A stretch of 64,000 nucleotides of DNA from Takakia lepidozioides (taxonomy: Eukaryota; Plantae; Bryophyta). Position numbers and translations under genes: made by a program. Under the pieces are notes generated by a model. It saw only the letters and a list, made by a program, of their open reading frames with translations, was not told the origin of the DNA and made no database searches. The stretch spans positions 66,588,001 to 66,652,000 of the forward strand of contig CM060733.1 in NCBI GenBank assembly GCA_030704615.1. Reading direction: 5' to 3'. The number at the start of each line of letters is the position of its first letter. Position 1 is the stretch's first letter. Shown here piece after piece: positions 1-13,469 of the stretch.

Positions 1-2048
1 CTCAAGCAAGAATTTGAGGCAAGAATTGCCACTAAGTGTGCAAACAAGGTCAATGTGGAGGCCAACCTCAAGTTGCAGAAAAAGTTGGAGAACACTAAGA
101 CTGCCTTACAGCTTGCGAAGGAAAATTTAATTGAAGCAGGTCTTGAGCATGAGAAGTTGCATGAAGTGCATAAGCAACAACTATACCAGTTGCAGGTTAA
201 GCATGAGGGCAAGTTGCAGGAAGTGAAGTTGCTTCATACAGAGTTGGAAGCAGTCCATCAGAGAATGACCATATAGTGTGCCACACTAACGACTAATCTG
301 GAGCTGACTACACTAGAAGTTAAGAACCAAACTGAGAGATGTTTAATGGTGGAGACAGATTCAATGGAGCAGGGGGAACTCATTGCTGACATGAAGGCTA
401 CTATCTGTCGCAATGAGGATATCTTTCAGCAGTACCGTCAGGTCGATGCCCAGAAGGACAGGTACATCTTTGAATTGCAGCAAACAATCACAGTACGGGA
501 GAATGAGCTTTCTGTGACTGACAAGGCCTGGAAAGAAGTCAATAATCTGTCCGCTGCCTATGCAGCTCTGGTTGAATCTCATGCAAAGAACATGGAGAGT
601 TTACAGCAGCAGTTGGAAACATATAGACTCAAGGAGGAGCAGGATCTCCGTGGTGTCACACAAAATTTGGTGGATAATCATCTTTTGCAAGAGTGGTTAA
701 TACAAGGGCCAGTGGAAGGGAAGGCACCAAGAAAGCTCACCCAAGATGAGATAAATGATCTCAGGCTACGGGTGCAGAACATTGCCACAATTACTATAGA
801 CAATGTCTATAGTCGGATAGCTGAGTTGCAGGAGAATGTGGAAGGGCTGCAGACTTAAGTGGATGACTTGAGCTCCAACATTGATAAAAAGTTCCTGAGG
901 AACAGCTCATGGCTACTTATCTGCATGCCAGGACTTTGATTTTCTAATCATCAGCATAGGAATTGCAGGACTTGCCAACATCAGGAGGGATTGTGGCAAC
1001 CGTATTACAGCAACCATGCCAGGTCGATAGTGTTGATACCATGGCACTGCAGCAATCACTGTCTGAGGTTTGGGGTGATGCTTCTTTTAACCCACCTACT
1101 ACTCCTGCTGCACTTGAATACAATCAGGCTATGATTATGCCCTTCAACCAAATTCCCATTGTTATGGATTTGGCTTGGAAAGAATTCAGTCATCCAGAGT
1201 CTTTGGCACACTATTATCAGATTATGCGTATTTGGTTGCCAGTGGCAACTCGGACTAAAGTTCTTCCAAATGACAGACCCATTGAAGACCACCATTTTAC
1301 ACGGTACTGATCTGAGGAAGTCACCATGCTGAAGGAATTAATTGCCTTCCAAATTGTTCATGGATACATCTACACCAAGACCAAGGAGGTACCTAGTTTG
1401 ATCATGGGTTGTGGACTGTGTTATGTTGCTTGTTTTATTTCACGCTATCACATTGAGCAGCAAAAGATGCAGATGAGATTTCAGACTTATTCCAATGGGA
1501 AGCATTGGGTGTTACCTTCAGTTCCATCACATACATATCTGTATGATGTAAGGATCATGCTTCAGAAGGATCCCCAACTTTGGTCTTGGTTTACTTTTGA
1601 TCTGGAGAATTTGGCCCAGGAAAACTTGGGTCTTGACCACATTTTCTCTAAGGGGCATGAAGCCAGGAAGTGGCTACACTTCTCCAAAGTCATTGGCACA
1701 CCACTCAGCTATACAGATGATGAGCTGCGGGCATACACTATTCTTGCTCGAAAGAGGTTGATACAAGTTTTAAAGTTTAAGCTTGCAGACATGGTGGGTA
1801 AACACTGTATGCCACGCAGGAGTCCTGAGAAGCCACATAAGGTCAGGGCACCGAAAGGCCACCGGAGGGAAGATGATTCTGATACTACTGGTTCTATGGA
1901 GGAACCTTTTGACATGGTTGAGGATTATGCAATACAAATGGCAGAGAAGAAATGACGGGGATCTCCTATGCCTGAGAAGTTACCTCTTTATCAACCAAAG
2001 GCAGGACAATCACTTCCATCTAGTCGACAGTCATCCCCACCAACCGGG
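1..2048 (+). pseudogene. Disrupted copy of the family-A extra ORF (3' part; last ~25 codons at 14461-14553)
   Basis: Peptides such as QGPVEGKAPRKLTQ, NIATITIDNVYSRIAELQE, AMIMPFNQIP and HYYQIMRIWLPVATRTKVLP match ORF 47960-51142; several in-frame stops. Confidence 0.92.
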
Positions 2049-2111
2049 TTCATTTATAGGTGACTGTTTTTTGTTGCTTGCATCGCTAGGTCCCAGGGGA
2101 GTGGATATTGG

Positions 2112-5100
2112 GTGAAGATGAGGGAGGAATGGAGCCCTTGGTATACGGCAATCCCGAACACTGTCAGTGCCACTGGTAGTGTTGAGTGCAACCTATGTGG
2201 ATTAAAGCTTTCTTATCGTAAGGATCGGTTGCTCGCTCACCTCGGCTATAAAGGTGTGAAGAGCGCTGGGGTGGGTTTATGCCCCAAAGCATCTATGCGG
2301 GTAAAAAGCCACTTTGCCCAGTGTGGAGGCACTATTCCAATGTCTTTGGATCTGGACATGACCTCTAAGCAGAACACTCCATCTTCCCGTCAGGATGCCC
2401 CGATTAGTACCCAAGGCGACTCTTGTGAGGCTTCGGGTGTCCTTGGACAAGTGGGTTGTGCCGGAGCAACATCTGCTTCAACACCTCTTTGTACCCCTAC
2501 ACTTCAACGGAGTAGAGGCTTACGGCAGCAATCCATGCATGAAGGTCTTAACTTGTCTGCGAAAAGACAGTTGGATAAAAAATGGGCGCAGTTTTTCTTC
2601 GAGGCCAATATACTATTTAATGTGGCAAGGCTTCCGGCATTTGTTTCTGCCATTAGAGCAACCTCCAGATCCACGTACGTGCCTCCGACTTATCACAATC
2701 TCCGCACATGATTGCTAAAAGACGCCATGACCGAGCTTACCCAAAAGGTCAACGATAGGACGGGCGAGTGCATCAGACTATATATAAGCACTATATGTGC
2801 CGATGGTTGGAGTTCTGTTACAAACAGACCGTTGTTCAATATCATGCTCGTATGTCCAGCTGGGGAACAATTCTTGGGATCGGTCGACACTAACGGCGAG
2901 AAGAAAGATGGACGTTATCAATGCCAACTATTGACGAACTTCATCGAACAGGTCGGAAGTGATAGAATCGTGCAAATATGCACAGACAATTTTGCTAACA
3001 TGAGAAACACTGCAGACATGTTGTTGGCACGTTATCCCCATATGTACTATCAAGGTTGTGCTGCTCATATCCTTGACCTCATTTTGGAAGATTGGGGAAA
3101 AGAACAGTGGGTGAAACAACTTGTCAAGCGAGCAAAGATTGTTGTGTCGTTCATCCGCACACACCACATCTTTTTGGCAATATATAAGAGGCACGAACCC
3201 AAATACAGCCTCCGCAATCCAGGCGAAACTTGTTTTGTCACTAACTTCTTGATGGTGGATCGGTTGGTGACGGTGAAGAGCAGTTTGGAGCACACCATCA
3301 TCGATCCTCAATGGGATGCGTACACACGGACATTGCGAGACTCCAGAAAAACCAAGTCATTGGGCAAAAGTCGAAAAGTTCGAAATAGCATTCGCAACGA
3401 TGATTTCTGGAAGAAATGTGAAAATTTTGTTTATATGGTAGAGCCGGTGTTAATCGTCTTGCGAGAGTTTGATGGAAAGCAACCAGTAATGGGCAAGGCA
3501 TGGTTACTAATGCAAAATCTTGAGAAGCACGTCCAATCCTTGAAGCATCCTCCCTTCTCATTGGAACCTGAACTTGCGGACAGTGCTGAGGATGCATTTT
3601 ACGACCGTCGTTCGATGGTTCGGATGGACTTGCATTATGCGGGGGCTTTGCTCAATCCATTCTTGTTCGACAATACCATGCTCCGAGACGACGCTGATGC
3701 GAAGGTCAGCCTCGTGCGAGTGCTCATGCGACTGGCTCCGCCGAACCATGCAGAGAGAGCTATATCCGAGTACCAATGCTTCTCAGATCGCCACGACTCT
3801 TTTGAGGACATGCCGGATCCAAAAGAGCTCAATATGTTGCCACATGAATGGTGGGATCTGATTGGAGCTGGAGCAAGAACATTGGCTCCCATTGCGAAGC
3901 GTATTCTTGCTCAAGTGTGCTCTGCCTCATCTTGCGAACGCAATTGGAGCAGTTACTCATTTGTTCATAACAAGATTCGCTACAGGTTGAATCCCGCGAG
4001 GGCTAACAAATTGGTGTATGTGTATACCAATTGCCGACTGCTACGTGAGAGGGCAGCGGATGATGCTGCAGCATGGTATGAGAGGAATTTGCATTCCAAA
4101 AACTCTGCTTCTGACGCTGATTCGATGAGTGACGATACTGAGCCTCAGAGAGAATCATCTCAGAGGGAATCATCTGCCTCCGATAGTGAAGATGGATCCG
4201 ATGATGCTCTCAAAAATGCGTATGACCCATTTACATTCACAGAGGAGGATGCTTATATCCAGCCGACCTTTGATGACCTTCTTGAAGAAGTGCGTATCGC
4301 ATATGAAGGTGAAGCTGCAATTGTGTCATCCCCATAACATGATCCTCAAAATGAAGTTGGGGTCGACCCTTGCCCCCCCACTACACGCTGAAGCCACCGG
4401 TAGTGCCCCAATGGAGCTTAGGGGTGATGTACTGCCAAGACCGATCAACGTACGCAACCCTATTCATACAAACGATGGTGTCGAACCCATTGTACAGTCG
4501 ACGGGACGGGATCATGTCTCACTGATACGACCAGCTCCACCACAATGCCAAAACCGATCCAGCTCCCCATCAACACAATGGGCATTAAGGAGCAACAGGG
4601 TTGATCTGTTTTCCACACGCATGCATCATTCTGCTGCATTGGACCGGGTGGAAGTTGAAGCCTCGGATAATGACAACTTGCCACTACAATTCCACCTTAA
4701 CCGACGTGTTGCGCAGCAGACCCGTGGTTCCTCACATGCCGGACCATCTAATGCCGGTCCATCTCGGGCAGTCCCCCCTCCGGTACCTCCTTCGAGACCA
4801 CCTTCGATTGCGTCCCAAGTCCATAAACGACAGAGAACAGTCCAACCTTTTGTAGGTGATCAGCCCACAAACAGGCCAGATACCGTGGATGGTATTCAAG
4901 ACCGGAGTGAGAGTCGACCTCAGAGAGAACTAAATGTGGTTCGAGGTCGCTTGCAAATTCAAAGGCCTGGACATATGAGGTCGGATAGGGAGGACGATTC
5001 TAGCACTGATCATGGCAACGGTGGTGAAGTCGAGGGTGACCCGGATTTTCAACCCATCGGAGCATTAGGATTAGGATCTTCTTCGTCCCGCCGTCGAAGC

Positions 5101-5124
5101 AGTAGAGGAATTGAAGCAAAATAG
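2112..5124 (+). pseudogene. hAT-superfamily transposase (BED-like finger, DUF659, C-terminal dimerisation domain, low-complexity tail)
   Basis: CNLC..HL BED-like finger; ICADGWS, QICTDN, GCAAHILDLILED, WWDLIG..LAPIAKRILAQVCSASSCERNWSSY motifs; in-frame TGA at 2709-2711 and TAA at 4335-4337; no 5' TIR seen. Confidence 0.9.
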
Positions 5125-5379
5125 CTGTAGGCATGCATCAGTACTTTTTAGTGGACATGTTTATATTTCTGTACTGAAGTAATACCAATGTGATCATTGT
5201 CACTATGAGTATTTGTATTGCTATTGTGTATGTGTTGGAAAATAGAAGATGTTGCCCATGTGTATACCAGCCAAAATGTCAGCCAAAGGCACCGTCACTT
5301 GCTCATGTTTGTGTTCGGTGATTTGCTTGTGGAATGGAGAACAATTGTGCCATGCTTCCAACTGTGCATTCATTTTTAT

Positions 5380-6640
5380 TTAAATGGAGCGACCACCAAG
5401 GTGGCGGTCGCTTCTACGAGGTCTGCCCTCCGCGTGGAGCGAGGAATTGGGGGGGGGGGGGGGGGGGTAGAAGCTCCCAGTCATTCTCCCCGACCGCCAT
5501 TTCTGGCGGTCGTTTTTATTTTTTTATTTTTGGAAATAGGGCGACCGCCAATACTGGTGGTTGTTTTTAAAAAAAAAAATGGAGCGACCGCGAAGGTGGC
5601 GGTCGTTTCTACAAGGTCTGTCCTGCGCTTGGAGCGAGGAATGAGAGGGGGGGGGGGGTGGAGGGAGGGATATACATGGCGGTCGCTTTTATTTTATTTA
5701 TTTTGGAAATGAAGCGACCGCCATTACTGGCGGTCGCTTTTATTTTAATTATTTTGGAAATGAAGAGCAAAATGGAGCGATTGCCATTAGGGGCGGTCGC
5801 CGGTATTGTTGTTTTTTGTAATTGCAGCAACTGCCATTAGTGGCGGTCGTTTTTTTAAAAATTTGGTTGGAAATGGAACGACCGCCATTTGTGGCGGTCG
5901 CATTTATTTTAATTGTTTTGAAAATAAAAATGAAGCGACCGCCATAACAGGCGGTCGCTTCTCTATATTTTGGAGGAAAATCGAGCGACCGCCATTACAG
6001 GCGGTCGCCGCAATTGTTTTGTTTTTTGTAAATCCAGCGACCGCCACTATTGGCGGTCGCTTTTATTTTAATTGTTTTAAAAATCAAGCGACCGCCATGA
6101 CTGGCGGTCGCTTTCATTTTATTTTTTTTGAAAATCAAGCGACCGCCATTACTGGCGGTCGCTTTTTATTTTAATTTTTTGAAAATGAAGCGACCGCCTA
6201 TGTTGGCGGTCGCTTATTTATTTTAAATGTTTTGAAAATGAAGCGACGGCCTATGTTGGCGGTCGCTTATTAATTTTAAATTTTTTGAAAATGAAGCGAC
6301 GGCCTATGTTTGCGGTCGCTTATTTATTTTAAATGTTTTGAAAATGAAGCGACGACCTATGTTGGCGGTTGTTTATTTATTTTAATTTTTTTGAAAATGA
6401 AGCGACGGCCTATGTTGGCGGTCGCTTATTTATTTTATTTTCGGAAAATGGAGCGACCGCCACTTCTGGCGGTCGCAGTTTTTTTCTTAATCCGGAAAAT
6501 GGAGCGACTGCCTATTCTGGCGGTCGTTTTTTTTTTTTTTTTTTTTTTTTTCCGGTAAAATGGAGCGACCGTCAAGTTGGCGGTCGCTTCTAGAAGATTC
6601 GCCCTGCACGTGGCCCGAGGAATGGGAGGGGGGGGGGGGA
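5380..6640. repeat. Array of ~21 palindromic units AGCGACCGCC-N4-6-GGCGGTCGCT with AT-rich spacers (period ~50-58 bp)
   Basis: Seen directly; three longer units ending in G-runs at ~5380, ~5578 and ~6558. Confidence 0.95.
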
Positions 6641-7680
6641 TATAAGCCAATGGAGGCTTATTCTCCCCTCACTTCCTCTCCACACAACTTCTGTGTGCGT
6701 GTGTCGCGCACCTCACTTCGGTAAGCTCCCCTTCAAGTCATAGTTACTCGCTTTGATGCGCGCGCCTGACTCCCAACCTGGCCGCCGGGCCAACTTGGAG
6801 CTTCGGCTGCTCACCGGGGCATAACGGTCCCCCTTTGTTCTCCCAAAGAACCCTCCACCGATTTGGAACCAGCGGGAATTCCCTTTGGTAGTTAGCAGTC
6901 CGGAACAGCTCCCCACTCTTTGGTCGCTTTCCGGCTCGCTTGCTTACTCACTAGTTTTTGGTCACCAACGGGCTTGCACCGTTCTTGGGGTTACTACTCC
7001 CTATATATACTTCTGTAGCTGTCCGCGGGGGTTTCACAACCAGCCATGCCATTTTATGGCGAACCACCACGAAGACCCTCGATTCCCGGTGGTGAGTCGC
7101 GGTGAGTCTTGGCCCGCTCACCACGGCCCCTATGGACCGTGATGAGTCCCAAGACTCCCCACGACTCCTACCACGAGGTCTCCGCCCCCATGGTGAGTCC
7201 TATGCCACCCCCACTAAGTCCCACTAAGCTACCACCACCCCTTGTGGAGCCACCCCCACCGCAACCCGGTGTGCGGGGCTCCACCTAGTGAGCGCCTCCG
7301 CTTCCCTGAGTGCCTTGGGCACTCAAGGGTGCTTCAGCCCCCCATACCTATCGCTGCACAGGGGCAGCCCCTCATGTGTCCCGACCCCCTGCCCTCAAGG
7401 CAAAGGGCCGCGACAGCGTGGCATTTCATTATTCCACGACACGTAGTCACGTGAAGAAGGAGGCCATTGGTTGGGTGGTGGGTATTTTTTGCCGCGATTT
7501 CTGTGAGGTCGTTGCAGAATGCTCCCATAGGCCCTCCTCTGGCTTCTAGGATCATTTTATTCTACAAAATTAGCTTTTATGAACTATTTTGACACCTACT
7601 CAAACCTACTTAATGGGGGAAGGGTTTAGAGTTACGTCTTATTAGAAAACCTCGTTTAGTGTTGCTCTGATTGTTGCAGA

Positions 7681-8796
7681 ATGACAGAGGGCCAAGACGA
7701 TGATCGTCATGGAAGAGATGACCCCAATGAACATGGACCGTCCCCTAAGAAAATCAAAGGATCAAGGCAAGACTTGAATTGGGAAGTATATGGTGACCCT
7801 AGCATACTAGCAGAAGAGGGCTAGGAGGATGTTCCGGAAGAATTCTGGTGGCCGATGGCGAGATGTAAAAAATTCGTGAAATGGTACCACATCAATCGAT
7901 TGTGGCCTTTGGATAGACATGACGTGCAAACCCGAAACAATTACGCAGAGTCTAGGTCTTGCACGAACTTGCATTTCCAGCATAGGGCGAATGAGGTGCA
8001 TTACACATTGTGGGGTCAACCTCTCTTAAAGGGTCAAATCCCGTACACCTTGACAGCCATGTTGTACGTGGAGGTCATATTCTTGCGTCCAGTGAATTGA
8101 CAAACTGCTAGTAGGAGGAACGCAAGGTTGCTATACAATTTGGAGTACATCCCGGACACGTTCGGAATACAACCGGCTGCAACGTTAGAGGAACAACTGG
8201 CAGAAAGAGACCAGCGAATCAGGACCCTGCAGGACCGACTAGACTGGCAAACACTGCGCATAGCCGAGTTGGAAGCTAGATTGCAAGACATGCCTCCAAA
8301 CAATGAAGGCACTGTTGTCCACAATGAGGATCGAACAAACGTCGTGGACATTGACGCGGAGTTTGCGATGCCCGATCACAGTATTGACCTCATCATTCAG
8401 GAAATTACGGACGTCCTTGACCCTATGGCCGATGAAACCATGGTTGAGGAACAACGAATTGCGGATGAGAGAAGGAGGAAAGGAAAAGAACCAGTACTGG
8501 AAACCAGGGAATGCTCGAGGGTCGCCATTCAATCGGAGATGAACCCGATATTAGATGTCGACCGCGTTACAAAATAGCGGGACATTGCCATGGCAACTGC
8601 ATGGCGCTTGTCCAAAATGTTGGAGATTCGGGCATGGGTCCCATTGAATGGCGATTGGGAGAATTGGGTACAATGGGCGACCCATTTGGCCTCCAGAGAA
8701 GCACGGGTAGAGCGGGCATTGTCAGGCTTGCAACGTGTTGCACGCATGTTGAACCGTAGCGTGGATAACATTTTATGCCAACATGCAAAGGTATAA
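7681..8796 (+). pseudogene. Unknown transposon-associated protein, disrupted
   Basis: ATG at 7681; ORFs 7855-8100, 8128-8577 and 8590-8796 lie in one frame separated by single TAG/TGA stops; coiled-coil stretch LAERDQRIRTLQDRL. Confidence 0.6.
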
Positions 8797-9499
8797 CGAT
8801 TTCCGCATTGCATCAAGCGTGTTCGCCGGGTATACCAATTGGGCAGATGTGTACCATTGAATATTCCGTTAGAGCTGCTATTGCTTTGGGACCTGTTGGA
8901 CTGTGTTTCGCGTGCTCACGATGTTTTTTTCATTCCGTTTTTGAATGGGGCGTGTAATGTAGCTATATGCAACGTGCGTGCCAAATTTGGGAGCGATCAA
9001 AATTCATTTGGACCCAAAACCAGAGTTTCTTCCCTGTTTTGCACTCCAAACTTGATTTGTGTTCTACTTCATGTATTTTTCATAGAGAGTTCTGCAATAG
9101 TGAGCGAAGAGAACACTTTTTTTTTGGGGCATTTTTTATTGGTCCAAATTTTGGCGGGGGAGTAGCCGTGGGATGCTGGAAGCCGCAGAACAAAATTGAG
9201 CCAAAAAAAAATTTGATACGTGCCAGAAACCCCCACTAAAAGGCAGTACAAACCTATTTATTGGCTTAAAATAAATTTAAATTCAATTAAATTGTGGAAT
9301 GGCTTGAGGGGGGAGCGCGTCGATGGGGAGGCAAAAGATTTATTCGTCTGTTGTGTCTCCGCACATGTGTCGCACACATGCGGGCAAAAGAGGGGCTTCA
9401 TCCACATCCGTTCAATGGGTGCAATAGCCGTGCACGCATTGCAAGATTTCTTTTTCGCATTGAACAAAAACCAGATGACAAGTAAACGCCTCATTGGAC

Positions 9500-9915
9500 A
9501 ATTGAACGATTTTTGATTGATCTCGTATTACACTGGGACGTATCAGATGGTACATTGAACACACTGGCCAAGTTTCAAAGCGAACGAAAATCATTTGGAT
9601 GGGCAACCATCCGTTGGCCCATTGAACGAATTTCGATTGATCTCATATTACTCTGTGGCCTCTTATATTGCACATTGAACATAGTGGCCAAGTCTCAAAG
9701 CGAACCACAATCATTTCGATGGCCAACCATCCGTTGAGCCATCGAATGAATTTCGATTGATCTGATATTAGTCCGGGACCTGATACATGGTATGTTGAAC
9801 ATAGTGGCAAAGATTGAAAGCAAACGAAAATCATTTGGATGGGCAACCATTCAATCGCCCATTGAATGAATGGGGTTTCGTCTTTGATTATACTGGGACC
9901 TGTTACATGGTATGC
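9500..9915. repeat. ~120-bp tandem repeat, ~3.4 copies
   Basis: Recurrent ttgaacatagtggccaag..aaagcgaacgaaaatcatttggatgggcaaccat at ~9555, ~9675 and ~9795. Confidence 0.9.
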
Positions 9916-10532
9916 CCTTTGAAGCTCTTTTTGTAGTGTCTCCCTGCCTCGTAATGCGGTGCTTCTCCATGTCCACTTTATCCAATATGTTAATATTCTC
10001 CACCTGGAACAGATCCACATATGTGTACAGAAATCCTTAAAAAAACAAATGACCATCTCAACTTTTATAAGCCTCATCCCCAGCTTTCAGTTTTGATGAT
10101 CATTTGGTTTTTTAAGTTATATACGCATGTGTGGATATGTTCCAGATGGAAGATATTAACATTGGAAAAATAGGAGTTGGAGAAGCACCTCATTACGAAG
10201 CAAGAGACATTACAGAAGACCTCAGCATGTTGAACATCTGGATGAAGAACCTTGCCCATCATCGCTTCAAAGTTCTAGCGCTTCTGAAATGATCACATGT
10301 TTGTTGGTGGAAGCAGATCTCGTAGGCCACATTGATCTCGTACCCATCGAAGACTCTCGTAGGCCACATGGAACGGTTCATGTGATATATTCTCACAAAT
10401 GTGATGTAATACATTTGTGAAATGATATCACATCAACCGTTTAATGTGGCCAATGCACGTCTTCCGCACCATGGCGGAAATGTTCGTCACTTGAAAGCAC
10501 AAACACAAATAATCCGTGCAAACAATCTCAAG

Positions 10533-10882
10533 AATCATATGTATTGCAAGGTGTTTCATACCGCTGATGTTCATGTAGCTGAATTATTTAGGAATCGTTT
10601 TGCTACTCCCATGCCAACAACATCAGGTCCACTGCGACTGCCATATTCCAAATTCCGTATCAGCCACCACGGACATGAAACCAAGAACTTCGCACAAAAT
10701 CTCTAATTCATTCAATTTATGGTGGGCCATGGCTGCAGCCTGCAAGCTGGCCAGGGTGGCTGATACGTCCGTTTGAACATGACAGTCTCAGAGGACGTTG
10801 GCATGAGAATAGCAAAAAGAGTACTACAGAATTCAGCTAGAGGAATAACAATAGCATGAAACACCTTACCGTAAATATGATT
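10533..10882. repeat. Diverged inverted repeat (fold-back), centre ~10707
   Basis: aatcatat..aaggtgtttcat..tagctgaatt..ttgcta..catgccaac (10533-10620) pairs with 10795-10882; cgtatcagccacc pairs with ggtggctgatacg. Confidence 0.8.
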
Positions 10883-10961
10883 GTTGACATTGGTTGTGAC
10901 AGCTCCAATCAATAGAGAACTCACACCATCAGTTGCGCTCCAACAGCAGTACCGGTCCCCC

Positions 10962-11500
10962 GAGTAAATAAAATTCCGTTGTAAATAATAAATTGCATAC
11001 GCTCGAACTTCACAAATGTCATTTCAACAAAACCGGCCGTGTATTGTGGTACTGTTTGTAACTACGAATGTTTCAATGTTTCTGACAGGGTACTGAGAAA
11101 ATGATATATTGGATCCATAGGAGTTAGACAACAAACGTTCCATATTTCATTCAACTGTGCGACACTACCATGAGTGGCATGGATAAAAAAGTAATAGGTG
11201 TACATGCGACCTCCGCACGTTTAAATAGAGACCTAGTATCAAATGTTCGGAGGTCACATGTGCACCTATTACTTTCCGATCCATGCCTCTCATGGTAGTG
11301 TCGCACAGTTAAATGAGAGAAGACGTTTGTTGTCTAACTCCTACGGAACTAATACATCGTTTTCTCATAACCCTATCCGAAACCTTGGAACATTACAAAT
11401 ATAAATAGTGAGCCAGTACACAAACCATTTATGTTGCGATGACAGGTGCCACGGTCGAGTATATGCAATGTAGTATTTACAATGGGACTTTATTTATTAC
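10962..11500. repeat. ~540-bp imperfect palindrome, centre ~11232
   Basis: gagttagacaacaaacgt/acgtttgttgtctaactc, aactgtgcgacactaccatgag/ctcatggtagtgtcgcacagtt and agtaataggtgtacatgcgacctccg/cggaggtcacatgtgcacctattact arm pairs. Confidence 0.92.
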
Positions 11501-11579
11501 ATGCACGATCAAAATTGAGAGTTGTCTTCATAAAAGAACCATTGTACCGCCAGAAATCTCATATCTACGAGACTATGGT

Positions 11580-12853
11580 CTACTCCGTCCTATATACGTC
11601 TTTCGGCTCAGGCCAATTGAATGGCTTGCCCATGAACCGAAGTACTACATGGGCTAATGTGACTCTCTCATTCTTGTTGTTGTCGTACAACCTTTGTAGC
11701 ATTGAATGCCAACAACCTCCCATAAATTGGTCCTGAAACATACTTTGATCATAATGAGTGCCGCCATTTATTCGTACCGCTATCTTCCCAACGGCAAAGG
11801 CCTCCGACGTCATGTCCTGGGAGGCGGGCGTGGCATGTCGGGGGACAAGTCGTTGTGCAAGACACCGTTCTTGTGGACAACATCCATGATGCACACCAGT
11901 GCCCATGCAAGTTTACTGCGCACTTTCCGGAAACGAAGCAAGCGATCGCATTCCTGGAACTCTGCTTCCGTTCCCCTTTGTTCCAAAATCACCCTGTTGT
12001 CCGAATCGTTGCCCCATTTTCTGTCAAAGTTCATCATGTCGCGTATTGTCCCCCCATTCTATCAGCAAGTGTAACCCTCTACCTCACGTGCATTCACAGC
12101 AAAATACGAGATAACACCCGGATGCTGGAACTTCACTGCCAAACACTCGTCGTTATGTTGTCTCAACGTCTTTTCTAGATTTTTGGACTTGGGTTTTTTT
12201 CCCGCTAGCTCCCAACGCTCTAGTATTCTAGAATTGCCAACAATCCTACAGTGACGGACCTTAGCATACCCTCCTTCTTTGTAAGGGCCAATCTCTACCA
12301 CCTTCGCACTAGAGTTCAGGTAATAAAGACTAGTTGTGTCTCCCCCGTCCGATGACCCCGCCTTCCAAGGTACAACCCTAGTCTGGCGATGTGAATTCTG
12401 ACTTGCCGAGCAAGCCCAATACTCAACACGCCGCATTAACTCAGCTTCGGCGGAGGGCACTTGACCCTTGGTTGTTCTACCCTTCCATGTTTTCATTAGC
12501 TGCCTCAAATTCCACGTGACGTCTTTCGCCCTGCTTTGGATCCACCGATTGAACTTCAGCTTGTCCCTGTCCGCCGTCCACTTAGCCCCCGCCAAAGCGT
12601 TTGTCATTTTCCTCTCCATATTTTACTGAAAAATCTGAAACCCCTCCCATCCATGCCTGACATAAGCACTCTCCAGCCTCATCATGTCTGTACCCTTGAA
12701 ATAATCCACTATCACTTCTTTCACCCTATCCAAGGCATCTGATCCCGGGTAGTCTGGCTTGTTGACCAGGCTATCCCGCTCGTGGGCACGTTTTCTCTTC
12801 CTCCACCCCCCAGACAACCCCGCCCCAGAACTTGAATTCACAACCCCCGACAT
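11580..12853 (-). pseudogene. Intronless protein kinase pseudogene
   Basis: EGGYAKV (Gly loop), LAGKK (VAIK equivalent), E (alphaC), HPGVI, VHKNGVLHNDLSPD (catalytic loop), SEAFAVG (IX), ER.T (XI); stops present and the DFG-APE segment is missing. Confidence 0.82.
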
Positions 12854-13469
12854 TGTATAAACCTTTGCCCATTACAGGGTCCAAAACCTCAGAAAACGGC
12901 AATGGACGGGTGTGGATGGTGTCTTCGTAGTTTTATGCAAAAAAACAGGCCGCCGGAGATCCGAAAACGGCAAAATGGTGATATGATGATTATACCGTGA
13001 ACAAGTGTGTGGGACTGACCAATAGAAAACCGACAAAACCTCCCCCCCCCAAATAATCACCTTACACCTCCTGTTGGCAGTGCCAAGCAACGAAGTCCGA
13101 AAAGACTACAAGATGCCAAGGAACCGCACCACAAGAGGGGCAAAAGTGATCAGAAAATGAGGGGGGAATGGTTTATATAGGCGCCCACCAGCCCCCCTCC
13201 CCCAAAAAAAATGTCATTATGCTTGAAAAGGCGCGACAGGCCAGTGGCGCCTCGTCAAGTGTCAGCGGCGCGACTCGTCAGTCGCACCTCGCCACGCGCA
13301 CCCACATGGGAGAGGTCAAGGGTTCAAAACCACCTCCCCCCATCCCATTTGTTTCGTTTTTCCTGACCCGTGGCACCTCGCCACGTGGCTGGCCCAGGCG
13401 CCGCTTCATGATTAAAAATTAAAAACAAAACGCCACACGGCGGGTCCCTGGATTTCTAAGAAAAAAAAA

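Noticed and set aside
5380-6640. CRISPR-like look of palindromic repeats with spacers (also 13470-14260)
   Set aside because: Spacers are low-complexity and similar to each other, repeats are degenerate, no cas genes, eukaryotic context
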